Shown: piece after piece, positions 47,081 to 59,185 of the stretch | Layout of the letters: the number at the start of each line of letters is the position of its first letter | Position numbering within the stretch: the first letter of the stretch is position 1 | Source: Candidatus Bathyarchaeota archaeon | Lineage (GTDB): Archaea > Thermoproteota > Bathyarchaeia > TCS64 | NCBI GenBank assembly: GCA_963769425.1 | Contig: CAVYLP010000006.1 | Coordinates: 384,001 to 448,000 of the forward strand | DNA: 64,000 nt | Direction: 5' to 3' | Program-made: the position numbers and the translations under genes | The notes under the pieces: model-generated | Seen by the model: the letters and a program-made list of their open reading frames with translations, nothing else | What the model was told of the DNA's origin: nothing | Database searches by the model: none

Positions 47081-48514
47081 TTAGGCGGAGCTTACCTTGT
47101 CGAGGTAGAGCTTGCGCCTGTAGAGGATGCCCATTACGTCGGCGGCCCTCTCGGGGGTGGTGTAGACGGGGACCCTCGCCTTCTCAAGTATCTTCGCTGA
47201 CTCGGGTTCGACGTCCGCGCTGGGCTCAATGACGATTACCGGCTTGGGGAACTTCTTGTAGGTGGTGATGAGGTTGTTGTCGATCATCTGGATGAGGCCA
47301 GTGAGTGTTTCCTGGTCTACGTCTGGGAACATCGCCTTGACCATGGCCGTTCCGAGGCCGATGGTGATGAGGCCGTCGATCTCGGGCTGCTTGAGGACCA
47401 TCTCGGCAACCTGACCGAGCTTCCAGACGTCGAGGTTGGCGGTGAGGTCAACTGGGTTCTTGGCGTTGCCGAAGGCGGGGATGACGGTCTTGATCTCGTC
47501 CTGGGCCGTTGTACTTAGTGTGGGTACCTTGAGGTTATTCTCGATGAGCCTGTCGGCTGTCTCGACGGCTACGCCGCCTGAGTTACTGACGATGCCGACG
47601 TTGGGACCGTTGGGCAGTGGGCAGTAGAGGAGTCCCTTGACAAAGTCGAACATCTCGGTAGCGTCGCCGGCACGGATGACCCCCGCCTGCTTGAAGGCGG
47701 CATCGTAGACCTTGTCGCTTCCGGCGATGCTTCCTGTGTGGCTCGCGGCGGCCTTGCTACCGGCCTCGGTCACTCCGACCTTGATGACGACAATTGGCTT
47801 CTTCTTCGTGATCTGCTTCGCGGCCTCAAACCACTTACGCCCCTCCTTAAGGCCCTCGATGTACATGCAGAGCACCTTGGTCGATGGGTCCTCGGCGAAC
47901 TGTGTGCAGTACTCCCAGCCCTTGAGGTCAGTCTCGTTTCCGCTGCTGACAAACTTGCTGATGCCGACGCCGAGTGCGTTAGCGCGCAGGAAGAGCTGTA
48001 GGCCGTAGCCTCCGCTCTGGCTGATGAAGGCGACCTCTCCCTCCTTGCTTACGAGCGGGACCATGAGGGCGCTGAACTTGGATTCGCTGCTACTGACTCC
48101 CATACAATTGGGTCCGACGAAGCGGAAGTTGCCCGCGGCCTTCTCCTTGACGCTGGCGATGAGCTTTGCGCCCTCCTCGCCGGTCTCGCCGAAGCCACTT
48201 GTGATTACAACAGCTCCCTTGACCTTCTTGGCGACCATCTCATCGAAAACGCTGGGAACGACCTTAGCGGGGACAAGTATGACGGCGCAGTCAACCTCGT
48301 CTGGGACTGCACTGAGGCTTGGGTAGACTTTGTAGTCGAGGATGCTACCGATCTCTGCTGCCTTGGGGTTGACTGGGTAGACCTTGCCTTGGAAGCCGCC
48401 GACCTTGACGGCGTTTACGAACATATAGCCCCACTTGCTTGTGTCAGCTGTAGCGCCGATGAGTGCTACGCTCTTGGGGTTGAAGATCGCGTTGAGTGAT
48501 TCCTTCGTTTCCAT
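47081..48514 (-). CDS. acdA: Acyl-CoA synthetase (ADP-forming) alpha subunit
   Basis: 'PKSVALIGAT', 'GPNCMG', 'SQSGG', 'AASHTGS' phospho-His, 'NPVDL'. Confidence 0.9.
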   Translation of the reverse strand: METKESLNAIFNPKSVALIGATADTSKWGYMFVNAVKVGGFQGKVYPVNPKAAEIGSILDYKVYPSLSAVPDEVDCAVILVPAKVVPSVFDEMVAKKVKGAVVITSGFGETGEEGAKLIASVKEKAAGNFRFVGPNCMGVSSSESKFSALMVPLVSKEGEVAFISQSGGYGLQLFLRANALGVGISKFVSSGNETDLKGWEYCTQFAEDPSTKVLCMYIEGLKEGRKWFEAAKQITKKKPIVVIKVGVTEAGSKAAASHTGSIAGSDKVYDAAFKQAGVIRAGDATEMFDFVKGLLYCPLPNGPNVGIVSNSGGVAVETADRLIENNLKVPTLSTTAQDEIKTVIPAFGNAKNPVDLTANLDVWKLGQVAEMVLKQPEIDGLITIGLGTAMVKAMFPDVDQETLTGLIQMIDNNLITTYKKFPKPVIVIEPSADVEPESAKILEKARVPVYTTPERAADVMGILYRRKLYLDKVSSA

Positions 48515-48849
48515 CACGATCAACTCGTTTGATAGTTCAGGTAACACTGATGCCTTCTGTATTTTAAAGTTGGGGGGAGGTCGGAGGATGCCCAAAGCAT
48601 GGCTTGTGTACAGCTACATATGATAAGAGAAAAAATATTCTTCTCAATTGATAGCGAATTTGTGCTCCTTTTACATAGATCGTTGCACCATTGGGGCAAT
48701 TTTATAGGTTATTTTACCCGACGAGGCCATATTTCGGGTTGGATGTCAAACCCCCTATTTTGACGGTGCGCTGTTTACTTTTATCATATCTAGCTGTTTT
48801 TAGGCCGCTTTAATGGTAGGGGTTAAATGTCCCATGTGGTTAGGGGTGG

Positions 48850-49602
48850 CTAATTCACCTTCGCGGCTTTTAGGGCCTGCTCCGCGCCGTAGGCTAGGAA
48901 GCCATCTGCCTCGCCGACGGTGTTGTAGATGAAACCCTTCTCGATGGCCCACTTGATGTTGCCCATGTTCGCGTAGAGACCGGGCGCCTTGTCGTGCTCC
49001 TCACAGACATGGAGCACAGCCTCCAATGCGCCGAGGAAGCGCGGGTTGTCCCACTGCGGGGGTACGCCGAAACCCATGTTGTTACTCAGGTCGTAGGGGC
49101 CGATGAACAGGGCGTCCACACCCTCAACGGCGGCGATCTCGTCGAGGTTGTCGACGGCCTTCTGTGTCTCTATCTGGACGCTCACGAGTATCTCGTCGTT
49201 TGCGGTTGCGCGGTAGTCGGGGTCGAAACGGCTCGCCCTGCGCGGGCCGAAGCCCCTTATACCCTCGGGCGGGTACCTACACGCCTCCACGGCCGCCTCC
49301 GCCTCCTCCTTGCTGTTGACCCAGGGGACGAGGACACCGTATGCGCCTATGTCGAGGACACGCTTGATTATGACGGGCTCGTTCCACTCCACGCGGACGA
49401 TGGGGGTGCAGTTGCTCCCGTTCATCGCCATCATCATCGTCTGCATCGTCTCAAGCCCGAGCGGGCCGTGCTCCCCGTCTATAAGGAGCCAGTCGAATCC
49501 GGCCCTGCTTAGGGTCTCGGTAACGTCTGGGTGGCCGAGGCCGACGAATGCACCGACGACCGGTTGCCCCTTCTGAATCTTCGCCTTGAGTGGGTTCTTC
49601 AT
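48850..49602 (-). CDS. HpcH/HpaI-family class II aldolase
   Basis: 'IDGEH', 'VRV', 'LDIGA', 'QIET', 'FIGPYDLS'. Confidence 0.9.
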   Translation of the reverse strand: MKNPLKAKIQKGQPVVGAFVGLGHPDVTETLSRAGFDWLLIDGEHGPLGLETMQTMMMAMNGSNCTPIVRVEWNEPVIIKRVLDIGAYGVLVPWVNSKEEAEAAVEACRYPPEGIRGFGPRRASRFDPDYRATANDEILVSVQIETQKAVDNLDEIAAVEGVDALFIGPYDLSNNMGFGVPPQWDNPRFLGALEAVLHVCEEHDKAPGLYANMGNIKWAIEKGFIYNTVGEADGFLAYGAEQALKAAKVN

Positions 49603-49666
49603 TCTGATACCAGCCCTATGATTTGGGGCCGTTGACGATATAAATAAGGCGGGTCAACCGAGGCGC

Positions 49667-50452
49667 TCAAGTAGGGCCTTGATGCGTGCCGGGTACTCTC
49701 TTCGCGATCCGCGCCTTTGCCAGGTTCTCCTTGATGATGGAGCGCCAAGCCTTCACGTCGCCGTCGATCCAAGTCTCAAACTGGTTCAGGTAACCCTCGT
49801 CGGCCTCCGCGGCGACGGAGAGTGTGAAGCCCAAGCTCTTCGCGAGCATCTTCAAGTCGTCCCCCGGGGTGGCGGTATTGGCGACCAACTCCATCCCGAT
49901 GCCATTGTAACGCTCAAGGGCGCCGAGTTGTGCGTGGTTCCTCCTGAGCTGGGTCGGGTGGGCAAGGGCCACAATGGAGTTCCTGACTACTATGGGATCG
50001 CTTGATTTGCACCACTCGTCTATAAGCCTGAGTGCGACGTCAGCATGGTCCTCCAGCAGGGCTTCGAGGGCGAAGGTAACACCCTCCCTCGCCCGCCATA
50101 GTGGGCTGAAGTTCCCCTTGTACAATATCGGGACGGCCCACTCCTCCTCGCCCGGGTTACTCGAGAGGACGTGACCGATGGCGCTGTGTGCCACGAACAT
50201 CAGATACTCGTCCCCCGATGAGGACCAGGCGACTATTAGACCCTTCAGGAACCCCCTCTTTGCGTCCCAGTCCCTCGCGATGAGCCTCGAAGTCTCCGCC
50301 GCGAGCGTCAGATTCCCTCTCGGACCCGGCAGCCCCGAGTGGATGACGAGGAAATCCGTCAACGGCCCGGGGGAACCATCCGCCGTGAGACTCTCCCACG
50401 AAGCGGCCAACTCCTCCGCCACCCTCCGCTCACCCATCTCAACCAAACTCAT
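49667..50452 (-). CDS. Hypothetical alpha-helical (HEAT-like) protein
   Basis: 'SGLPGPRGNL', 'WRAREG', 'LGFTLS', 'IIKENL'; C-terminus possibly frameshifted. Confidence 0.6.
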   Translation of the reverse strand: MSLVEMGERRVAEELAASWESLTADGSPGPLTDFLVIHSGLPGPRGNLTLAAETSRLIARDWDAKRGFLKGLIVAWSSSGDEYLMFVAHSAIGHVLSSNPGEEEWAVPILYKGNFSPLWRAREGVTFALEALLEDHADVALRLIDEWCKSSDPIVVRNSIVALAHPTQLRRNHAQLGALERYNGIGMELVANTATPGDDLKMLAKSLGFTLSVAAEADEGYLNQFETWIDGDVKAWRSIIKENLAKARIAKRVPGTHQGPT

Positions 50453-50505
50453 CGGAGAGCAATCTATTTAAAAAGAGACCGCAACCATTACACGAAACAA
50501 TCAGG

Positions 50506-50901
50506 GTGAATTGGATGGCAAAGTACCTTAGCCTAGAGTATTGGAAGAAGGTCCAGGAGCTCGCCAACGTCGACCAGGAGTTCAGCATTAAGGCGAAAAT
50601 GTTCGCGGCAAGCTTCACGTTCAAGGTCAGCGACAAGGCTGACCTCCACCCCATCTACGCGAAGTTCGCGGACGGGAAGATCGCCGAGATCCGCAACCTC
50701 AATGAGGGCGAGAAGACCGACTTCAGCCTAGAGGGCACATACGACGTCTGGAGCAAGGTAAATAAGGGCGAGCTAGACGGCAGTAATGCCATCATGCAGC
50801 GTCAGCTCCAGTTCAAGGGGAACATGAGTAACATCATCAGGTACAGCAAGAGCTTCCTCAGGCTCTTCCAGCTTATGCAGAAGGTCCCCGTCGAGTACTA
50901 G
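50506..50901 (+). CDS. SCP2 (sterol carrier-like) domain protein
   Basis: 'GTYDVW', 'ELDGSNAIMQRQLQFKGN'. Confidence 0.8.
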   Translation: MNWMAKYLSLEYWKKVQELANVDQEFSIKAKMFAASFTFKVSDKADLHPIYAKFADGKIAEIRNLNEGEKTDFSLEGTYDVWSKVNKGELDGSNAIMQRQLQFKGNMSNIIRYSKSFLRLFQLMQKVPVEY

Positions 50902-50983
50902 GTATTTTTAAATCGGCTTATTCAGAGCCCCGGGAACTCCATTCCCCCGGGGGGAAACAATTTATCCCACTTGTTAGAGCGTC

Positions 50984-51704
50984 TCAGTCTTCGTTTGCTT
51001 GGGTCGTGTAGGTGATGACAGCAGAGAGCAGGGAAATGCCGGCTATCGCCGAGAACATGTAGAGTGGCTTGGGGGTGCGCCGTCCCCGATTATCGTGGAC
51101 GCTATTACGGGCCCAATCGCGGTTCCGATGTGCCACGCCCCTCGTCACTGCGGTTTCGCCGTCTTCATCTTCAGTATAAGGGATAGAGGCACGAACATCA
51201 CGCCCTGCATAAGGATGGATGGGTACCGAGGATGAGGCTGTCGCCGCCGATCCCCGGAGAAACTAGGTTACCGATCGTCGAGCCCGCTATCTGGTATCCT
51301 AGCTGCTCCCTGAGCATTTTCGGCGGGGAGACTATGCCAACGACGACGAAGAGTATAGTGCTCAATCCGCCGAAGAGACTCTGAATTATCCTGAAGGCGA
51401 CTAGCTGGATGACATTAATAGAGAACGCCATCCCCGCGTAGGTGAGGATGTTCCCCGCCAAGACGATGATGAGGACTCTCTTCGTCCCGACCTTATCGCA
51501 TATCCAGCCCCAGATGGGGGCCGTTATCGCCATCCCTCCGAACCAGGCGAAGTTAGACACACTCGACCAGTACGTAGAGCTGATGAGAGACTCACCGAGG
51601 TCCTTGTTTATGAAGAGGGGCATGAAGCTCTGCATCAACCCGAAGGCGACCGAGACCGTGAACTGGGCCACGAGGGCCAGTTTGAGGGTGTCCATCTCCC
51701 TCAT
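50984..51704 (-). pseudogene. Internally deleted, frameshifted MFS transporter
   Basis: N-half ('APIWGWICDKVG', 'FRIIQSLFGG') joined via stop/frameshifts to final helices ('HIGTAIGPVIAS', 'LYMFSAIAG'); central helices missing. Confidence 0.65.
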
Positions 51705-51895
51705 CCACCCAGACAAAGCACCATCGAAAGCTGCACAGACGTCAACTCCCTCGGAGGCCACGGACCCCTCGGAGATTGGAACGGGGTTCAGCTTTGGGGA
51801 TTTAAAGAATTTGGTCCACATACGGTTAAGACAGTGTAAGCGACCGGGGGAAGACTTATCCTAAACAGGTAGAGTACCTGAAAAGGATTCGAGAA

Positions 51896-52818
51896 ATGAA
51901 GGTATCCAGATGTCCTCATCCTAGTGGTACTCGGGACCACTGCTACTCTCGCTCACAGCCACACCCGTGAAGGCCCAGAGCACACCCCCGCAGATTCTCA
52001 CCGGCGTGAGGCTCATGAACGTGCAGAAGGTCGACCTCGCGTCCAATACCTACACACTCGACTTCTACCTCTGGTTCAGCTGGGAACCAACCCAGTTCAC
52101 GATGAAACAGATCCAAGACTTCGAGTTCCTGAACGGCGCACCCATCGATGACCCCCGTCTACGTTGACGAGGCCTCGGGCTTCCTCGAATACAGGGTCAA
52201 GGGCGACTTCGTCAAGACCTTCGACTTCTCCAAGTACCCCTTCGAGACCCAGGACCTTCAGGTCAAGATCGAGCACAAGAACATGAACTCCACTGCCCTC
52301 GCCTACGTCGCCGACTCGGACTCGAGCCTCGACAGCGGGGTCAACGTCGTCGGCGGGACCTTACCGGCTTCTCGGTGAACTCCGTGAGAGCACGCCTTTA
52401 GCGGCAACGTGATGAGCAACTTCGTCTTTGACCTACAGGTCACCCGCCCATTCTTCAGTAGCCTCGTGAAGAACGTGCTGCCGATAACAGTCATCACGAT
52501 AATCGGGCTGCTAACCTTCCTCATCCACCCGAAGAACTTCGGGCAACGCATCGGGCTCGCGGTGAGCACACTCATGGCGGCGTCCGCGGCGCACCTCTCC
52601 CTGCTCAGCGCCCTCCCACCGACGGGCTATCTGACCCTCGCGGACAGGATGATGTTGATAGTCTACATCATCTTCCTCTTCAACCTCGCACCTCGGTCTA
52701 TATCATGAGGCTCGTTGACCAAGACAAGATTGAGCAGGCAGGGAAGTTCAACGGGCAGGCGGCAAAGATGCTAGTCGTGATAACAGTGGCTATGGTGGTC
52801 GCCCAGGCATTCTTCTAG
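51896..52818 (+). pseudogene. Pentameric ligand-gated ion channel (GLIC/ELIC-like), about five frameshifts
   Basis: Signal peptide; 'DFYLWFSW'; Pro-loop 'YPFETQ'; M1 'KNVLP'; M2 'QRIGLAVSTLMA'; M2-M3 'LPPTGYLTLAD'; M4 in last frame. Confidence 0.8.
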
Positions 52819-52893
52819 GCGTCAACAATCCTTCATTTTAGCCAATCGCCAACTTTAACCGTCCCTGAATCATCATTTGACAGGGAATCTATT

Positions 52894-53337
52894 TTGTCGG
52901 ATGACGTCACAGCAAGGGTGCTCGATGAGTACCTACACGACTCCCGTCAATCCATAAGAGAGGTGGCGAGGAAGGTTGGGGTCTCTTCGGGGACCGTTGC
53001 ATCGAGGCTAAAGGAAATGGAGGATGCTGGAGTCATACGCCGCTACTCTGCTATACTCGACTATGAGAAGCTCGGCTACGAGCTCACCGCCATAACCGAG
53101 ATCACCGTCTCCGACGGCAAGATGATCGAAGTGGGGGAGGCCATCTCGAAGCTGAGCCAGGCAACGGGCGTTTACAATGTGACGGGGGACGCCGATATTA
53201 TGATAGTTGGAAAGTTCCGCACCCGGAAGGAGCTGAGCGATTTCACGAAGATGATCCTAACTATCCCCCACGTGCTCCGGACGAAAACCCACCTCGTCTT
53301 GAACACTATGAAGGAGGACTTCAGCTCCATCCCCTAG
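52894..53337 (+). CDS. Lrp/AsnC-family transcriptional regulator
   Basis: 'DSRQSIREVARKVGVS', 'LDYEKLGY', 'VTGDAD'. Confidence 0.92.
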   Translation: MSDDVTARVLDEYLHDSRQSIREVARKVGVSSGTVASRLKEMEDAGVIRRYSAILDYEKLGYELTAITEITVSDGKMIEVGEAISKLSQATGVYNVTGDADIMIVGKFRTRKELSDFTKMILTIPHVLRTKTHLVLNTMKEDFSSIP

Positions 53338-53465
53338 GGGGGAGAATGCGCCCAGAACCATTTACTTGAATAGTTGGTTACAGGTTCCTCAGGTGGGATT
53401 CTAGTTATAGGTCACTCAGTAACGACTTTATTGCGTAATAATTTGAAAGAGCCGCAACGAGACCC

Positions 53466-53657
53466 GATTCCTAGTGGCAGGTGCAAAAAACGATGAATTT
53501 CCGGGATACCACCCTACTAGGAATCAGATTCCTAGTGGCAGGTATCAGGGGGTCGAGGTGAGCACTCCGCGATTCCACCCTACTAGGTATGGGATTCCTA
53601 GCCACAGGTGCGAGCTATACCACCCTAGTAGGAATCCGGTTCCTAGTGGCAGGTATC
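53466..53657. repeat. Array of 42-bp palindromic repeats (3 full plus 1 partial)
   Basis: GATACCACCCTACTAGGAATCAGATTCCTAGTGGCAGGTATC at 53505-53546; variants at 53571-53612 and 53616-53657; 3' half at 53466-53482. Confidence 0.85.
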
Positions 53658-53881
53658 CACGCGGGATAGTTTCCATGAATTCTGAAGCTGATCTTTGGAG
53701 CCTAATCAGAGTCTGATAAACCTCTTTTTACCATCACCCTCTTAAAAACTATCAAAAACATTGGAAAGGAAACCGCGAAATAGGAGGTTCAAGATATATC
53801 GGAGCACTTCTACTATTCTTCCTATTATCCACGTCTACAAGAAATAGGTAAATTACTAATGCGAGCTGCACATAACAGAAA

Positions 53882-54884
53882 ATGGTGCCGGTTTTGAAGC
53901 GTGTTGAAATGCTATACCTATCACAGGAAGACATCTTGGAAATGGGGATCCCGCTTAGTGAGATCATCCCCCTCGTCGAGACAGGGCTTAGGGAGCACGG
54001 CCTTGGTCAGGTGGAGAATCCGCCGAAGCCGGGCATACATGCTAAGAGTAACAGCTTCATTCACGCCATGCCCGCCTACTACCGGAAGCTGGGAATAGGA
54101 GGTATAAAGTGGGTTAGCGGCTATCCCAGCAACAGGGAGTTAGGACTTCCCCAGATACTCGGCGTCATGATCACGAATGACATGGAAACGGGTGTCCCAA
54201 CCTCGATAATGGACTGCAGATGGATCACCGCCGTGAGGACAGCTGCTGTCTCCGCGGTGACGGCGAAGTTTTGCGCCTCGAAGGGGTCAACGACTCTCGG
54301 GGTCATCGGCTGCGGCGTTCAGGGCAGGATGACCCTGAGCGCACTCAAGGAGATGGTCCCCACGCTTTCGAAGGTCAAGGCCTATGACGTCAACCCTGAA
54401 GCCTCCAAGAGGTATAAAATCGACCTTGAGAAGGAGGCGGGCGTTGACATAACTCCGGTCAAGAGCGTCGAGGAGGCGGCGAATGGTTCTGACCTAATCC
54501 TCACAGCGACGCAGCGCCTCCCCCAGCCGTTGGTTAGGAACGAGTGGTTCAAGCCGGGCGCCCTCGGTATGGGGCTGGAGGCAAGCAGAGCTTGGTATGG
54601 GGACGCCATACTGAAAGCAGACAAGTTTGTCACCGACAGCTGGGAGCAGACCGAGCACTTCCATGAGCAAGGCGCTTTCCCCGATGGAATGCCAAGGCTC
54701 TACGCCGAGTTGGGTGAGATAGTGGCGGGGAAGAAGAAGGGGAGAGAGAGACCCGAAGGAGCGCATTCTTGCCATAAACATAGGCCTCGCCCTTGAAGAT
54801 GTTATAGTAGCTGACTACGTCTACAAGAAGGCGGAGAAGGATGGGGGCTACAAGAAGCTCACACTGATGGAGCGTGACTTCTAA
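53882..54884 (+). CDS. Ornithine cyclodeaminase/mu-crystallin family (alanine dehydrogenase-like), frameshift near 54755
   Basis: 'HAMPA', 'KWVSGYP', 'ITAVRTAA', 'GCGVQG'; shifted frame 'GLALEDV' ends at 54884. Confidence 0.85.
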
Positions 54885-54909
54885 AACCCCATTTCAAATC
54901 TGAATAGGT

Positions 54910-55968
54910 TTAGGGTTTGAGGTAGGCCTTCAGATACTTCACCATGGGCTTGCCGAGGGCCTTCTCGACGGGCTCGTATATCTCAGGGTACCGGTTGCCG
55001 TCGCCGACCTTGATCTTCTCCTTAGGGACGTTGACGAGGTAGACCTCGTCCCCCTTCTTGAGGGCGGCGCTTGTGACGGGGTTCCCCTCGCCGTCGAAGG
55101 TGGTCATCAGGTCGGGGAACGTCGCGAGACGTTTCCCCCCGTTCTCAAGGGTCATGTACTCGTTGACGTAGCTTAGCTCCCACGTCTCCTCCCCCTTGAT
55201 GGTCATGACGCCGACGTCGAAGCCTCCCCTCGCCTCAGTTGTCATCTCGACTATCTTGCCGGTTTCGATGAGTTCGCCGCCGAGGAACTTGGCCGCCGCC
55301 TTGACAGCTGGTTCACCCTTCTTCGCTTTGAGGTAGGCCTTGCCGAGGTCGATGGCCTGCTGGATGGCCCCAGGGGCGCCGTGCTCGAGGCACCATTCGA
55401 CCGGTATCGGGTCCCTAGCCATGGCTATGAGGGCCTTGCAGTCGCCCGCCATGAATCGGATCTGATTGCTCGTGCGCTGGAGGGTGCCCCAGCAGATCAT
55501 CTCGGCGCCTTCGGTGGCACCCGCCTTGACGGAGTTGTAGTCGAGGCGGTGTATGCCCATGCTGCCCATCATCGCAGTGGGGTGAGCTCTACCGTCGCCC
55601 GGGGTATCCACGACGGGCAGCCCAAGGGCCGCGGCGGGTATCCAGCCGCCGAAGCTGTTCTGGCCACCGTTCTCAGCGGCGATGACGCCGTCGAACTCTA
55701 CGCCCGCCTCCCAGAGCATCTGTACAGCGCGTATGAAGTGGCGCGCCTTCGTCTCTCCTTTCTGGGTGGGGGCACCGAGGGCAGCGACGGTGATCACATT
55801 CCACTCGGGTGGCGTCTCCTCGGGCGACCAGAGCTCGACGCCTCCGAGCTCCATTGCGAGCATCCCAGCAGCTCGCCCCTCCGAGGGCCAGCCACCACCG
55901 CCCCCACCGAGGATAGTCCCACCGATTGTCAGCGCCTCAACGTCCTCAACCGTGATCTTTCTTGGCAT
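54910..55968 (-). CDS. DUF917 family protein
   Basis: 'GGTILGGGGGG', 'GAP', 'ENGGQNS', 'DGRAHP', 'NEYM', 'FPDL'; own ATG at 55968. Confidence 0.8.
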   Translation of the reverse strand: MPRKITVEDVEALTIGGTILGGGGGGWPSEGRAAGMLAMELGGVELWSPEETPPEWNVITVAALGAPTQKGETKARHFIRAVQMLWEAGVEFDGVIAAENGGQNSFGGWIPAAALGLPVVDTPGDGRAHPTAMMGSMGIHRLDYNSVKAGATEGAEMICWGTLQRTSNQIRFMAGDCKALIAMARDPIPVEWCLEHGAPGAIQQAIDLGKAYLKAKKGEPAVKAAAKFLGGELIETGKIVEMTTEARGGFDVGVMTIKGEETWELSYVNEYMTLENGGKRLATFPDLMTTFDGEGNPVTSAALKKGDEVYLVNVPKEKIKVGDGNRYPEIYEPVEKALGKPMVKYLKAYLKP

Positions 55969-56030
55969 GATTATCCAGCTAGAAAAAGCGGGGGACCAGA
56001 TATAATACTTGAACCCCGGGGAAAGTGTGG

Positions 56031-58131
<2,101 letters not shown>

Positions 58132-58132
<1 letters not shown>

Positions 58133-58410
58133 TACTTCTTCGCCTCCTGCTTCATCTCTATCGCCTTCTGTGGGCACTCGTTGGCGCAGACGCCACAGCC
58201 CTTGCAGAAGCGCATGTCTATCTTCGGCTTGACCTTCGGCTTGCCCGTTATGGCAGCCTCGGGGCAGATGGTCACGCAGAGGCCGCAGGCGACGCATTTC
58301 GCCTCGTCGATCTCCGGCATCAGTACACGCCAGTTACCGACGTATTGGCCACCCCTCGTGGTCGTGTCCATGAGGGCGAATCCCTTGATCACACTCTTGT
58401 CCTGGCTCAC
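58132..58410 (-). CDS. 2-oxoacid:ferredoxin oxidoreductase delta subunit
   Basis: 'GNWRV', [24 protein letters not shown]. Confidence 0.9.
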
Positions 58411-58967
58411 AGCGTCTTCACCTCGACGGTGTCGTACCCCATCTTGACCGCCCCCTTGTTCGTGGCGGCGAGCTTCGCAGGGAACCTCTTGTCGATGGCC
58501 TTGTCGATGGACTCCAGCTTCAGCAGCCCCGTCGCCTTGGCGAACGCACCCAGCATCACCGTGTTGGGGATGGGGCGCCCTATGACGCGCTGGGCGATCC
58601 CCGTCGCGTCAACGACGGCGATCTTACCCAGCTTCGCCTTGAACAGTTTCGCGGCCTCGACCGCTTTCTTCGGCGTGTTGTAGACGACGGTGCCTCCAGG
58701 GACCAAGCCCGTTGTGACGTCCATGATCTCCGGCATCGGCGGGTCAAGCACAATCAGGTACTTGGGGTAGTAGATCATGGATCGGGTCGCCTCCGACTCG
58801 TCCCCTATCTGGGCGAAGGCGAGGACTGGCGCGCCTCGCCTCGCTGACCCGTACATGGGGAAGGCGCGGCAGAACTTGCCCTCGTAGGAGGCAGCTATCG
58901 CGATGAGCTCGCCGGCAGCGACGACGCCTTGGCCGCCCTGACCGTGGAGCCTAATTTCCTCTACCAT
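58407..58967 (-). CDS. 2-oxoacid:ferredoxin oxidoreductase gamma subunit
   Basis: 'EIRLHGQGGQG', 'RRGAPV', 'PNTVMLGA'. Confidence 0.92.
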   Translation of the reverse strand: MVEEIRLHGQGGQGVVAAGELIAIAASYEGKFCRAFPMYGSARRGAPVLAFAQIGDESEATRSMIYYPKYLIVLDPPMPEIMDVTTGLVPGGTVVYNTPKKAVEAAKLFKAKLGKIAVVDATGIAQRVIGRPIPNTVMLGAFAKATGLLKLESIDKAIDKRFPAKLAATNKGAVKMGYDTVEVKTL

Positions 58968-59185
58968 GGTTCAAACCTCATAAACATCTACGGGTCGAGG
59001 CACGGGACCCGGCGAGGCTAAGCGACTCTGCCTTGACCATCCTCGACTCCATGGAACTTCGGTTGAACCGGTTATAAGGTTTCTCAGAGTCCGAATATAC
59101 ACTATTTATTCCTAGAGGGTTTTCGGGCCGGTTAAGTGAGGGCGTAACCGTTAATATCGCGGCGGTATTAGCGTCTTCGATAGCC

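Noticed and set aside
53466-53657. Canonical CRISPR array
   Set aside because: Spacers are irregular (about 22, 24 and 3 bp), repeats are degenerate and fully palindromic, and there are no cas genes; kept as an unexplained repeat
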